Below are positions 51,026 to 61,604 of a stretch of DNA of 64,000 bases, piece after piece. The notes beneath the pieces were generated by a model. That model made no database searches. It saw only the letters and a program-made list of their open reading frames with translations, and had not been told where the DNA came from. The stretch comes from Mobula hypostoma (taxonomy: Eukaryota). Both the position numbers and the translations under genes were made by a program. How positions within the stretch are numbered: the first letter of the stretch is position 1; each line of letters begins with the position of its first letter. Location: NCBI RefSeq assembly GCF_963921235.1, contig NC_086097.1:98644001-98708000 (forward strand), given 5' to 3'.

Positions 51026-51156
51026 CCTGGTTACAGAAGAGTCCGCCCCAGCCCTCTCTACAGTTGCACTGGAAGGGTTGGTCACAAGTCCCATGTAGAC
51101 AGCCCGGGTGCCGCACGCACTCAGTACATGAATCTCCCTGCCATCCATAATGGCAC
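51026..51156 (-). CDS. dll4: Delta-like 4-type ligand exon 6 (EGF1-2 [24 protein letters not shown]...GWGGLFCNQ)
   Basis: Acceptor ctcttgag|G, donor G|gtgagt, 131 nt. Confidence 0.95.
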
Positions 51157-51275
51157 CTCAAGAGAGAGTGAGAGGGAAAAATACAGTTAGTTGTCCTGAG
51201 AACCGCGTGGAAGAACGCCAAGCACGGACGCGGCTGGCACCGCCAGCTCACGCCTCCTGCCCACCAGTAACTTAC

Positions 51276-51336
51276 TTGCACTCACCCGGTCGATTGCAGA
51301 ATCCACGCTGTGTGCTGCACCCAGTTCGGCAGATTG
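51276..51336 (-). CDS. dll4: Delta-like 4-type ligand exon 5 (EGF1 [21 protein letters not shown])
   Basis: Acceptor cttgcag|CA, donor AA|gtaagt, 61 nt, phase-consistent. Confidence 0.95.
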
Positions 51337-53583
51337 CTGCAAGGACAGACAGGAAGGTCAGTGTTAAATCACACCTCGATCTGTGATGGCGTTAACGCCT
51401 TAATATCTTCCAGTCCAGAGCCTGCAGCGGACCCTCAGTGACAGCTATGCAAGGTACAGTCCCAGTACCTCCCAACCCCAGAAACACCCTCACCCTGCCC
51501 CAGCTCTGATAGACACAACTGGCAATAATGTCTTCCTCATGACCAACCCCGAAACAGCGGCAGTGAAAAGCTGCCAGACAAATAATAAACTACAGCAATG
51601 GCGGCCGATCCAAGACCCCACTAATACTGAATGAAAACACAAGATTCTGGAAGCACTCTGCAGGTCAGAGATGGTGGAGATTGAAACAGAGTTTATGTAT
51701 CACGTGGCACACTGTTCATGGGAACTGATAAGGTTCTACTGGAGGTCCTTCACCTGAAATGTTAATCCTGTTTTTTCTCTCCACAGATGCTGCCTGACCT
51801 GCTCGGTATTTCTGGCATTCTCTGTCCTTGTTTCAGATTTCTAGCTTCTGTTGTTTGTAATTTGTTTTTAAATCTGTACTTGCTGGTAATAAACTCCACT
51901 AAAAGTTAGTTTTAAGGATGCCAGTGAAACTCTAATAACCTGTGGTTCCACAAGAACTCAGTGTCAGTAACAAATCCCATCACAATACCAATAACATCCT
52001 CTGCCACAAATGGATCCGAGTGAGAGTCTGCGAGCAAGCAGCAGAAATGCTTTGCTGTAATCTGGAGAACACATGCAAAGCTGGAGGAACTCAATAGGTC
52101 AGGCATCAACCATGGCGGGAATTGGACAATTGACATTTCAGCTCGCGTCTCCTTCTGGACTGAAAGAGTAGAGGTAGCTGGTGGAGCAGAGCTGGCAGGT
52201 GACAGGTGGGTCCGGGTGAGGAAGGGTGATAGGCAGATGGAGGAGAGGAGAGTGGAAGTTGTGACAGGATGGGAGGTAATGAAGGGCTGAAGGTAATGCA
52301 ATATTATAGGTAAGGAATGTGGAGCGTAGTATTGAGTAACGGAGGTGGGAGGAACAGTGACAATGAAAAATGACCCCCAGTGACTCGAGTGTCAGTAACA
52401 GTAACAGCTCGCAATCACACTTCGTGTCCTGCCCCGTCCTCTCTCTCTCACATCCACTCCACCTCCAGCCTAAGTAATAATCCTGCAGCTCCACGTTGGC
52501 AAAGGACAATAACGTTGAGTAATATAACCAGAGATGTGCAAGTCACCCAGCACCATCTGACAACCTGTACACTCAATTACCCTCTCTGACAGTATGTGCT
52601 GTGCACAGCGACAGTTGTATCCTTGCACAGGCAGCATTGGCTTCTACTCCTAGTCCATTGTGGAGAGCCCTGCAGCCCTCTCCTGTGATAATCACGGGGG
52701 TGTCGGCAGCCCCACAAAACCCACGCACATTTCTGCAAAGACAGCCCCCTCCCTCTCTCCGGAGTTGGTCACACACAGGAAATTGCTGGTGACCATACCC
52801 AGTGCCAATTCAATACAGCCGGCGTGTCCTCGGGGACAGTGACAGGAGCAAACTGAAGCTGCCCAGCACAGATACAAGTACACAGGGGGAGTCCTGAGCA
52901 AAGAAATGCACGCTGACTGGTTAGTGGGGGAACAGGCCGAGGTGATGCCTTTAAACCAGCGGTCCAGTACTTCCAAAGTCCCAACAAACAACCTACTGGG
53001 AAAAACTCAGCAGGTGGAGGAGCAGCATTCCAGAAGGAAAATGGACTGTTTTGGGTTGATATCCTCTCCAGAAGAGTTTTTCCAGATTTCAGCATCTGCA
53101 GTCTCCCGTGTTTCCATTGGAAGCAGTACAATCTACCCCGAAGAACCAGTAAATCACACCCTGGTTCCTGTGCCAGTCTCCGGCGACGGGGTGTTACTGC
53201 TGCTGACAAGATGCCTTGTCACCGGGGACTAGTTGCTTGGACAGTGCCGTTATTAACACCCTGGTCTCCAGTGGAAAGGCCTCTGGGCCACTCCAATACA
53301 ATGAACAGTGACAGTCCCACCGTGTAATCCCTGAGTGCGGGGTTTTAAATCGCCCGTGCGAGAGTAACAGCGTTCAGCGCCCTGTGCAAGCATCCCGGCC
53401 TGTAATAATCTCGTGTCAGTAATAACTGCTAGTTTCAGTATGTAAACCCCTCTGATCTCTACCCCCATTCCCCCTTCACTGCGGCGGCCTTTCCTGAATG
53501 GCCGCAATAATAACCAGCTCTCACAATGTTATGTGACACCGTTCCCTCTCCCCCTCTCCCCGTCCCCGTTGCCCCAGCCTTAC

Positions 53584-53847
53584 GCTGTGTGCAGTACTCA
53601 TTTTCCCATCCGGCCATACAGATCCGCTGCCCCTCCTGTCCACAGGTGTAATGCCCAAAGGTGTCGTTCCTGGGCCGGCAGTAATGGGAGCAGCCCTCGC
53701 CGTAGTAGTGGTGGGTGCAGATCACCCGGTACGAGTAGTGCAGCTGGGTATGGCCCACTCGCTGGACGTCCCGGGACCAGACCGCGTTCACAGACTGGTG
53801 TCTCTGGATAGCAAAACGGCTGATCAGCATCTCAGGGCTGGTTACAT
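53584..53847 (-). CDS. dll4: Delta-like 4-type ligand exon 4 (end of C2, DSL domain YSYRVICTHHYYGEGCSHYCRPRNDTFGHYTC...GWENEYC)
   Basis: Acceptor cgcgcag|AT, donor C|gtaagg, 264 nt. The DSL cysteine pattern is intact. Confidence 0.96.
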
Positions 53848-55649
53848 CTGCGCGTAGAAACAAGCGGGTTAACTCAGGGCAAGCGCGCCGCCAGTTCCTG
53901 GCAAGACCAGAATAAAACACACCGTCCTTCCCCGGGATCCCCAGCTGAACCCCCGCACATACAATCGCCTGCCAGTTTTAAGGACTTCCAGTCAACCCTG
54001 GGTATCGGGCTCGGTGGGCAGGCAGGACACTGGAGCGGCCCGTCTCGGCACAATAACCTGGGAATGAGAAACCAGCCGAGGGACGCTCAGACACATCTGA
54101 CAGGCCGCAGTAAACAGAAAGGATGTTCAGACCAGTCCGAGAGAGGATCAAAGACGCTGGTGATGACTTACCGACAAGTAATTAGGATACAGCGTGTATT
54201 TGGCCCTTGGAACCCTGCCGCCCGATTTAACCCTAACCTAATCACGGGACCCGACATGTCATTGGGGTCTGGGAGGAAAGCGGAGCAGCCGGGGGAACGC
54301 GCGCATTCCCCGGGGAGACTGGTTAGAGAGGACGCCGGGATTGGCTCCGATCTGACAGAGCGTCGTGCCAGCCGGCGCGTTACAGGGCACGGTGCTTACG
54401 TGCCAGGGCAGGTGTCAGCGAGCGGGACGTGTGCTGCGTTGATACTGTTCGCATTTTCTGATTTTATCTGTGTTTTGTTTTGGAAACTGAAATATCACTG
54501 CATCTCCTCAAAATTAGACACTAGGTCAGAATTCTACTCAACCCGCAGATTTCGTAACCAGGATCAAAGGACGGACGAAGTGATATTTCACAAGATACAA
54601 ATCATGGTGGTGACGGGCTGGCGTGGGTGATCACATCCGAACCAGGGGCAATTCTGCCTCGTGCTGAACAACCCTTCCAAACCTGGGAAGTACTGGACTA
54701 ATAGTTAATTTTCATTTTACTGGGGGTGGATTTTGTTTTACGTAAGGGATCAGCCCCAGCACAGTAGGGAGAACGGACGCCGTGTTTTAGGGAAGACACG
54801 TTTCAGTTTCCAAGTGGGCTGAACAGGAGAGACTCTGCGGAATGAAATGTTTAGATCCTAAATTCGGGGAAATAGATCTCCTGATGTAATCCTGGAGCGG
54901 TGGCGCACAGATCCCAGATCGCTGAGGAGACGCGCAGGCCGAGGGAGAAGCACAGCTCATAGATCTTGCTGTTTGGTGTGGGCCCGGTGGAACACACGCA
55001 GATCCCGGAACGATGGGGTCACACAGCCCGAAGTGTGGGTGGAGACACTGATCCCGGCGGGGGTCCCAGGGCGACGAAGACACACGAATGCCCGAATGGC
55101 AGGCCAGTCTGTACCCGGATTCATATATCAGCCCAAGGTGTTGGAAGTGCGTTAATCCTGGAGTGATAAGGATCTCGGAGTGATAGGGAGATGAGGCCTG
55201 GAATGCGCTGGATGAGGCCCCGGAGTGCGAGGCATGTAGATACCAGCACGGAGAAACGTGCAGTTCCGGGAGTGACCTGGGGATGATGAGCTGGCGTGAC
55301 CAGGAAAGGGGGACTGGAGCAACGGATCCTGAACTCAAAGTGCGAGGGCATCTTGAAGAAACGGATATACTGACGGGGTGGCGAAGGAAGGCCCTCGAGA
55401 TAGAGAGTTCCCCTCCGGCGAAGTGATCCCGGACGGTGATCATGCGATTCAGGCACCAGCAGATCCTGGACTGATGAAGTCAGGAGATTGCGGAGACAAC
55501 GACAGCAGGTCCGGGTGATGGAGACAGCAGAATCCAGTGTTCCCGGAGTGATGCCAAAGTGATCCCGGAGTGATGGAGACTTAGGTTTTCACCGATAATT
55601 GACCCGAGCTAACGAAGTGCCGGCCTCTGTAACCCAACCTCTCTCTCTC

Positions 55650-55812
55650 ACCAGAACAATCGAAGTCGCTTTTCCAAAAAAGGCGGCGTCGACTGCCGGA
55701 GGTGTTAAGCGCAGGAAAAAGGCGAGCGGAAGGCTTGGCAAGATTTCGCCTTTCTCACCAACATCCAGCTCAGTTTCCCACGCCAAAAATAAACGATAGG
55801 AAGTCGATTGTG
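55650..55812 (-). promoter_or_regulatory. Candidate intron-3 enhancer (ETS + MEF2-like + RBPJ + SOX motifs), Dll4in3-like
   Basis: Minus strand CTTCCTatcgtTTATTTTTGGCGTGGGAAA (RBPJ 55774-55782, MEF2-like 55783-55792, ETS 55798-55803). Second RBPJ-type GTGAGAAA at 55751-55758, further GGAA cores near 55714 and 55728, and AACAAT at 55655-55660. Confidence 0.7.
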
Positions 55813-55965
55813 TTGAAGAGTCAGGACTATGGGACGGCGAGCTCGAACCGCGAACCTGTACATCCACAACCTAACAGCGTTGTATTTAATCTAACGGGGA
55901 ACCTCTCTACAACGCTATACATCAATTAACCTCAGTCTCGCCCCCTCTCAAACCGCTGGACTTAC

Positions 55966-56023
55966 TGGGGCTCGGCTGGCTGGAGGGAGAGTTCCAAGCT
56001 TCAACGATGAGGGAGAAAGTTCC
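55966..56023 (-). CDS. dll4: Delta-like 4-type ligand exon 3 (GTFSLIVEAWNSPSSQPSP)
   Basis: Not in the ORF track; read by hand. Acceptor ttgacag|GGA, donor A|gtaagt, 58 nt, canonical GTFSLI.EAW motif. Confidence 0.95.
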
Positions 56024-56713
56024 CTGTCAAACAGAAGAGGGGGAGAGTTAGAGGTGTAACCGTATCGGCGCACAGTTTTCCTTTTAACGTTAACAGCGCG
56101 AATGCCGCCCGGTCCCGCCAACGAGCCGCCGCTGCTCCCCGTAGCATCTCCGTCTGCCCACCCGGTTCTTTCTCCCCGCGGTTCTCTCGGGTTCAGTTAA
56201 CAAATTTCACGACACATGCAGGGGATATTAAACCTGATTCTGATATTCTCTCTCTGTTTCTGCTAGCTGCTGAAAGTCGGTCCCTTTTATACAGCATGTT
56301 TTCAGTAAGGGTTTAAGCATCACTCTGTGCTGCCTGCGTGTTTTTTTCCTGCCTGTTTCCGGTATTTGTTCCTGTTTTTGTGTCGGTGTGAAGGTGTTTG
56401 TGCCTCTGAGGGCATTTCCCTGAATCCGACTCTACATTTGCACGTTAGTTCTGTTTCTGTGCAGGTGTGTGCGTGTAGATGTCTATATGCTCGTGCTTGT
56501 GAGTGTGCCTACACACAGGTGTGTGCATGTGTACCTAGCTGTGTGTATCTGTGAGGTGGAATCAAAGGTGAGAGGGCAATCTCTCCTCTGCCATTCACTT
56601 CCTGACGTTTCCAGCTCTTGGCTATCACTCTGGCATCCTCACTGTACAATGCCCCTTCTCACTCCGGTCCAGTCCGGTCTGCCCTGCCCTGGCCCGCCGG
56701 GATTGCCCCTCAC

Positions 56714-56968
56714 CGGCCACTTGAAGGTGAAGTTCAGCCTGAGCGGGATCTGAGTGGCCGCCACCCTGAATGAGCTGCTGTCGCCCAGGAACGGGGAGAG
56801 GACGCTTCCGTAGGTGCACGGCTCCGGGGACACCACCACTTGGAAATGCTTCAAGCACACCCGGAAGAAAGTGCGGCAGTCGGGCACGCAGCGACCGCCG
56901 GACGCCAATAAGCCCCCGCCGTTCACAAATTGGTGGATCTTCAGTTCGAACGTACCGCGGCAGGAGAC
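56714..56968 (-). CDS. dll4: Delta-like 4-type ligand exon 2 (C2/MNNL domain VSCRGTFELK...CRTFFRVCLKHFQVVVSPEPCTYG...FKWP)
   Basis: Acceptor ttttttaaag|GTC, donor CCG|gtgagg, 255 nt. LASGGRCVPDCRTFFRVCLKHFQ has the short DLL4-type loop. Confidence 0.95.
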
Positions 56969-57220
56969 CTTTAAAAAAGACAAGGCCAGCGTGAGAGGCG
57001 GAGTGCAGGGAGCTGGAGTGAGCGAAGAGGGAGGAGGGGGCGAAAACAGGGGAGGGAGGGAAAGAGAGAATGGTAGGAGAAAAGGAGAGGGAGGGAGAGG
57101 GGCGCGGGGCAGGTAAGTGAGGGGGCGGGGGCAAGGGAGGAGGGAGAGAGGGAGGGTGGCAAGGGGGAGAGGGGCAGGAAACGCAGTCGAGGATGGAGTC
57201 CCGCAGGGTGACGGGTTTAC

Positions 57221-57274
57221 CTGGGGAAGGAGTGAGAAGAAGAGTGCAGCGTGGACAGTGCGTAAAGCTGCCAT
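57221..57274 (-). CDS. dll4: Delta-like 4-type Notch ligand, coding exon 1 (signal peptide MAALRTVHAALFFSLLPQ)
   Basis: ATG at 57274 (ggcATGG context) encodes a hydrophobic 18-aa stretch. Donor CAG|gtaaac, phase 0, joins exon 2. The symbol is a family-level call; this may be a paralog. Confidence 0.85.
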
Positions 57275-57635
57275 GCCCCGTCTCCGACCCTCTTCAACTG
57301 CTTCCCTCTTGGAGTGTCCCAAAGGCAGTTAGTTCTGTACTCCTTCCGCGTTGTACCCCGACCCGCAAAAGCTTCGGACGAGCAGCTGGTCCAGGACGAT
57401 CCGGACCACACACTAGAAGGGTCCGCACTCTCGCAGCAACCTGCAAACCAGCTGGCAATCCGTATACAACTCGGACTCCCGTTAGATCCCAGCGGCCGCT
57501 CTCGGTTACAGCCCGTGTGTGTGCGTGGGGTTGGGGGGTGGTGCTGTCATTGGGATGCGCGCTGGCCCGGTTCCTCGAACGCACTAGCCTTGGTCACTCT
57601 TCCGACCAGCTGCACAGTTTGAACACTCAGGCTCC

Positions 57636-57645
57636 TTTAAATATA
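57636..57645 (-). promoter_or_regulatory. TATA-like box of the dll4-type gene
   Basis: Minus strand reads TATATTTAAA, an isolated AT run in a GC/CpG-rich region about 360 nt upstream of the ATG. A GC box (GAGGCGGGGC, 57732-57741) lies nearby. Confidence 0.6.
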
Positions 57646-57663
57646 CGGAGTCTGTGACCCAGG

Positions 57664-58270
57664 TTGTCAATCACAGGCATGAGGCGTTCCGCCTCCTTCA
57701 CGTGCTGCACAGATTGTCAATCACTGGGACGGAGGCGGGGCCTCTCCTTCTCACTAGGTTACCGAGTGTCAGTCCGTCAAAGGGACGAGTCACAGTGGGT
57801 GACGGAGCTGTCAATCAGAGGGATGGTACTCGCAACGCCCCCGTCCTATGTTACATGTTGTCAATCACAGGTCTGAAGGACTCTCGCCTTCTTATGGGTT
57901 ACCCAGGCTGTCAATCAGAAGAGTGGAGCTGGGAACGCCCCTTTTCTATAGGTTGCCCACACTTTTGTCACAGGAATGCTGGAAATGCCCCGTTCCTATG
58001 GGTCGCATAGACCCTCAATCCCACGGATGGAGCAGGTCCCCTCCCCCTTTTTAATGGGCTGCCTAGATTGTCCATCGCTATAATAGAATGGAGAAGCCCA
58101 GTTTCCTTTGGTTTACATGGTTGTCAATAGATAAGATGGAGTAATAGATGTCCTCTTTCTATAGGTGGCAAAAGGCCTTCCTCTTTGCATGATTTACCCT
58201 ATCTGTCAATCATTAGGATGGCGCTGAGAACCTCCCCCTTTGCAGAGATTACTCTGGTAGTCAATCACTG
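57664..58270 (-). promoter_or_regulatory. Phased cluster of TGATTGACAR (PBX-PREP/MEIS decamer-like) motifs within a degenerate ~50-bp repeat
   Basis: TGTCAATCA at 57665, 57715, 57809, 57859, 57909 and 58204. Degenerate copies near 57767, 57966, 58069, 58122 and 58259. Confidence 0.65.
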
Positions 58271-59069
58271 CCAGGGAGATGAGGCTGCTCTCTTCCTGTT
58301 GAACTTTCATCATAAATCAGTGGCCAAACCTACAGGTGAGTCAGAATTGACTCTTTCCCTCTGTTCAGATTGCAGGAACCTGTACCCACACCTGTTGAGC
58401 ATAGGCCAGTGGCCTCATATTCTTCATTAACTGAAGCGTGGAGAATTGAATTCAAGCAACAACTAACTTATAACTGAGGCTCCTAATTGGGAACTTTCTG
58501 TTTCACATTTTCTCGTAGAGTGACTAAAGTTCTATTGTTACTAATGACTTCTGGGGACCGGTTATTGTTTCACAAACAACTGTTATTCTTTTGCCAGATG
58601 TTGACTCTTATTCTAAAGCTCCAATAACCTTTTTTTTGTTGATATTGCTGTTTAAAGTCTTGATCTAGCACACACATTTAGTCACTCAGAGATCTGAAAC
58701 TTGGACACGATAAAACACTAAACAATTACACATCAGATTGGTGACTATTGCAGTGGTGGTCTCACACAGTTCCATTGTGGATATGGCTCTCCCCTCCATC
58801 GAGAGCATCTGCACAAAGCAATAGCTCAGGAAGGTGGCACCCATCATTAAGGATTCCCACCATTAGTGCCAGATCCTCTCCGTTAGGCAGGAGGTACAGG
58901 AGCCTGAAAACCGGCAAGATCAAGACTCAACCGTAGCTTCTTCTCCAGTGCTATTGCCTTCCTGACTGACCTCAACACTACCCAAGACTGTTTTCCTTTT
59001 ATTCTCTCTATGAATACGCATTACAGCTATGCTTATTTTGTTCTATAAGTTCTGTATAATTTATGTTAC

Positions 59070-60560
59070 AGTCATAGAATCATAGAAAAATACAGCACAG
59101 AAACAGGCCCTTTGTTCATGCTGAACCATTTAAGCTGTCTGCTCCCATCCACTTGCAGTGTGACCATAACCGCACCCCCCTACTATCCATGTATCTATCC
59201 AAACTTCTCTTAAATGCTGAAATTGAGCTCACATGCACTGCTTGTACTGGCAGCTCATTCCATTCTCTCACAACCCTCTGAGTGAAGAAGTTTTCCTTCA
59301 CGTTCCCCTTAAACTTTTCACCTTTCATCCTTAACCCATGACCTCTGGTTGTAGTCTCATCCAACCTCAGTGGAAAATGTCTGCTTGTATTTACATTATT
59401 TATACCCCTTAAAATATTGTATACCTCTATCAAAGCACCCCTCAATTTTCTAAATTCCAAAGAATAAAGTCCTAATCTATTCAATCTTTCTTTATAACTC
59501 AGGTCCTCCAGACCTGGCAACATCTTTTTAAATTTTCTCTACTCTTTCAACCTTATTTACATCTTTGCTGTAGGTAGGTGAACAGAACTGCACACAACAC
59601 TCCAAATTAGGCTTCACCAATGTCTTATACAACTTCAACATTACATCCCATCTCCTTCACTCAATATGAAGGACAATGTGCCAAAAACTTTCTTTACAAG
59701 TCTTTCTACTGTGACACCACTTTCATTGAATTATGGATCTGTATTCCCAGATCCCTTTGTTCTACCGTACCCCTCAGTGGCCTACCGTTCACTCTGTAAG
59801 AACTACTCTGGTTGGCACCGAAGTGCTACACCTCGCACTTGTCCGCATTGAATTCAATCTGCCGTTTTTCAGCCCATTTTCCCAACTGGTCCAGATCCCG
59901 CTGCAAGCCATGACAGGCTTCCTCACTGTCCACTACACTCCCAACTTTGGTGCCATCCGCAAATTTGCTGATCCAGTTAACAATATTATCATCCAGGTTG
60001 TTGATATAGATGACAAATGACAACAGACCCAGCATCGATCCCTGCAAGCCTCCAGACAGAGAGGCAACGCTCTACTACCTCTCTCTGGTTTCTCCCACAA
60101 AGCCAATTTTCTAACCTCGTTTTGAATGCCGAGCGATTGAAACTTTTTGACCACCCTCCCATGTGGGACCTTGTCAAATGCCTTACTAAAGTCCACATAG
60201 ACAACATCCACTGTTTTGCCTTCATCAGCTTTCCTGGTAGCTTCCTTGAAAATCTCTCTAGGTTTGGTTAGACATGACCTACCATGCATGAAGCCATGCT
60301 GACTATCCTTAATCAGTCCATGTCCATCCAAGTCCCTATATATTTGGTCCCTTGGAATACCTTCCAGTAACTTTCCCACTATTAATGTCAGGTGCACCAG
60401 CTTAGGAATTCCTGGTTTATTTTTAGAGCCTTTCTAAAACAGAGGAACAACACTGGTTATCTTCCAATCCTCCAGTACCTCACCTGTCACTAAGGATGAT
60501 TTAAATATCTCTGCCAGAGCCCTGTCAATTTCTGCACTTACCTCCCACAGGGTCTGAGGT
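59070..60560 (-). mobile_element. Decayed CR1 LINE fragment upstream of the gene
   Basis: VYVDFSKAFDKVPH, WISKFADGTKV and RKLRGALIEVY. A catagaat-type tail lies near 59075. Confidence 0.88.
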
Positions 60561-60566
60561 TAATTG

Positions 60567-61604
60567 TGTCATGGTCCGGTCCGTGAAGTCCGGTTCATGG
60601 ACCGGTCCATCGATCCTTATTCCAGGTTTTCCAGTTTTCCCTTATTCTGTTGGTGCCTTAATTGAGGCACATGATTCTCATTTTGGGCTGGCTACATAAA
60701 CAGCTCCTGGGTTCAGCTTCAGTTGCTGGACTGTTCTCCTTCCTTCTAAAGCCTCGCCTGAAGCCTAGCCTGCTACCTTCACTTGGAGCCTTGCCTGCTA
60801 TCTTCGCCTGTGTCCTCGCCTGTAATGCCATCAGGTTCAACCGCCAAGGCACGATCGGGGCCTTGCGTGTCTAGATAAGGAACTGTCTTTCATTGTTTGG
60901 AACTGTCTCTGTGTCCACGCCTTCGCTAGGTAGGTCTGGCCATTTGTCATTACCTTGAGTTGGGAACTATCTCTGTGTCCATGCCTTCGCTAGGTAGGTC
61001 CAGCCATTTGCCGCTACCTTGTGTTGGAAACCGTCTCATCGTGTTCAGCATTCTATGTATGAGTCCTGGCCCTACTTCCTATTCCCAAGGAAGGGTCCCG
61101 GCTCTGTGTTCTGCATTCCTGTCTCCCAAGATTACCAAGGCTCTGTGTTCTGCATTCCTGTTCTCCCGACCATGGCTCTGCATTCCTGTTCTTCCTCGAC
61201 TAAGGCTCTGCGTTCCTGTTCTCCCTTGACCAAGGCTCTGCGTTCCTGTTCTCCCAAGTCCAAGTCTTAGCTTTGCGTCCTCATCCAGTTCTGGTCCCAC
61301 GTCCTGCCCTGGAGTCCTGCGTGGTGCTGCCACGTCCATTCCTGTTGCCTTGCCATGTCTTGTCCTCGCCTAGATCCGGAGTCCGAGCCCGAGTCAAGAC
61401 CAAGGTTCAGAGTCCCTGTCCAGTCTCTGGCTCGGAGTCCTTGTCCAGGACCCGCTTTTCTAGTCTAGTCCTAGCCCAGGCCCTGTATCCTAGCATCGTC
61501 CAGGGCCTGTGTTTTGTCCAACTTCCCTTGCTTTCTCGACACACCTAGTCCTGTTCCTAGTACTGCAGTGTCTGTGTCTTGCTCCCAGCACCCACCATAT
61601 GACA
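60567..61604. mobile_element. Solo LTR (1038 bp) with 5-bp TSD
   Basis: Termini TGTCAT...ATGACA. aattg at 60562-60566 and 61605-61609. Internal ~30-bp tandem repeats (caaggctctgcgttcctgttctcc). Confidence 0.85.

Noticed and set aside
56639..57322. 227-aa ORF running through exon 1, intron 1 and exon 2 from an upstream TTG
   Set aside because: Intron 1 (252 nt) is open by chance in a pyrimidine-rich tract. Strong splice sites and the signal peptide favour ATG 57274 with splicing.
180..60397. RT-like ORFs as host genes or an autonomous active element
   Set aside because: All are truncated or frameshifted CR1, Gypsy or Rex1-like fragments. No intact ORF2 or pol is present.
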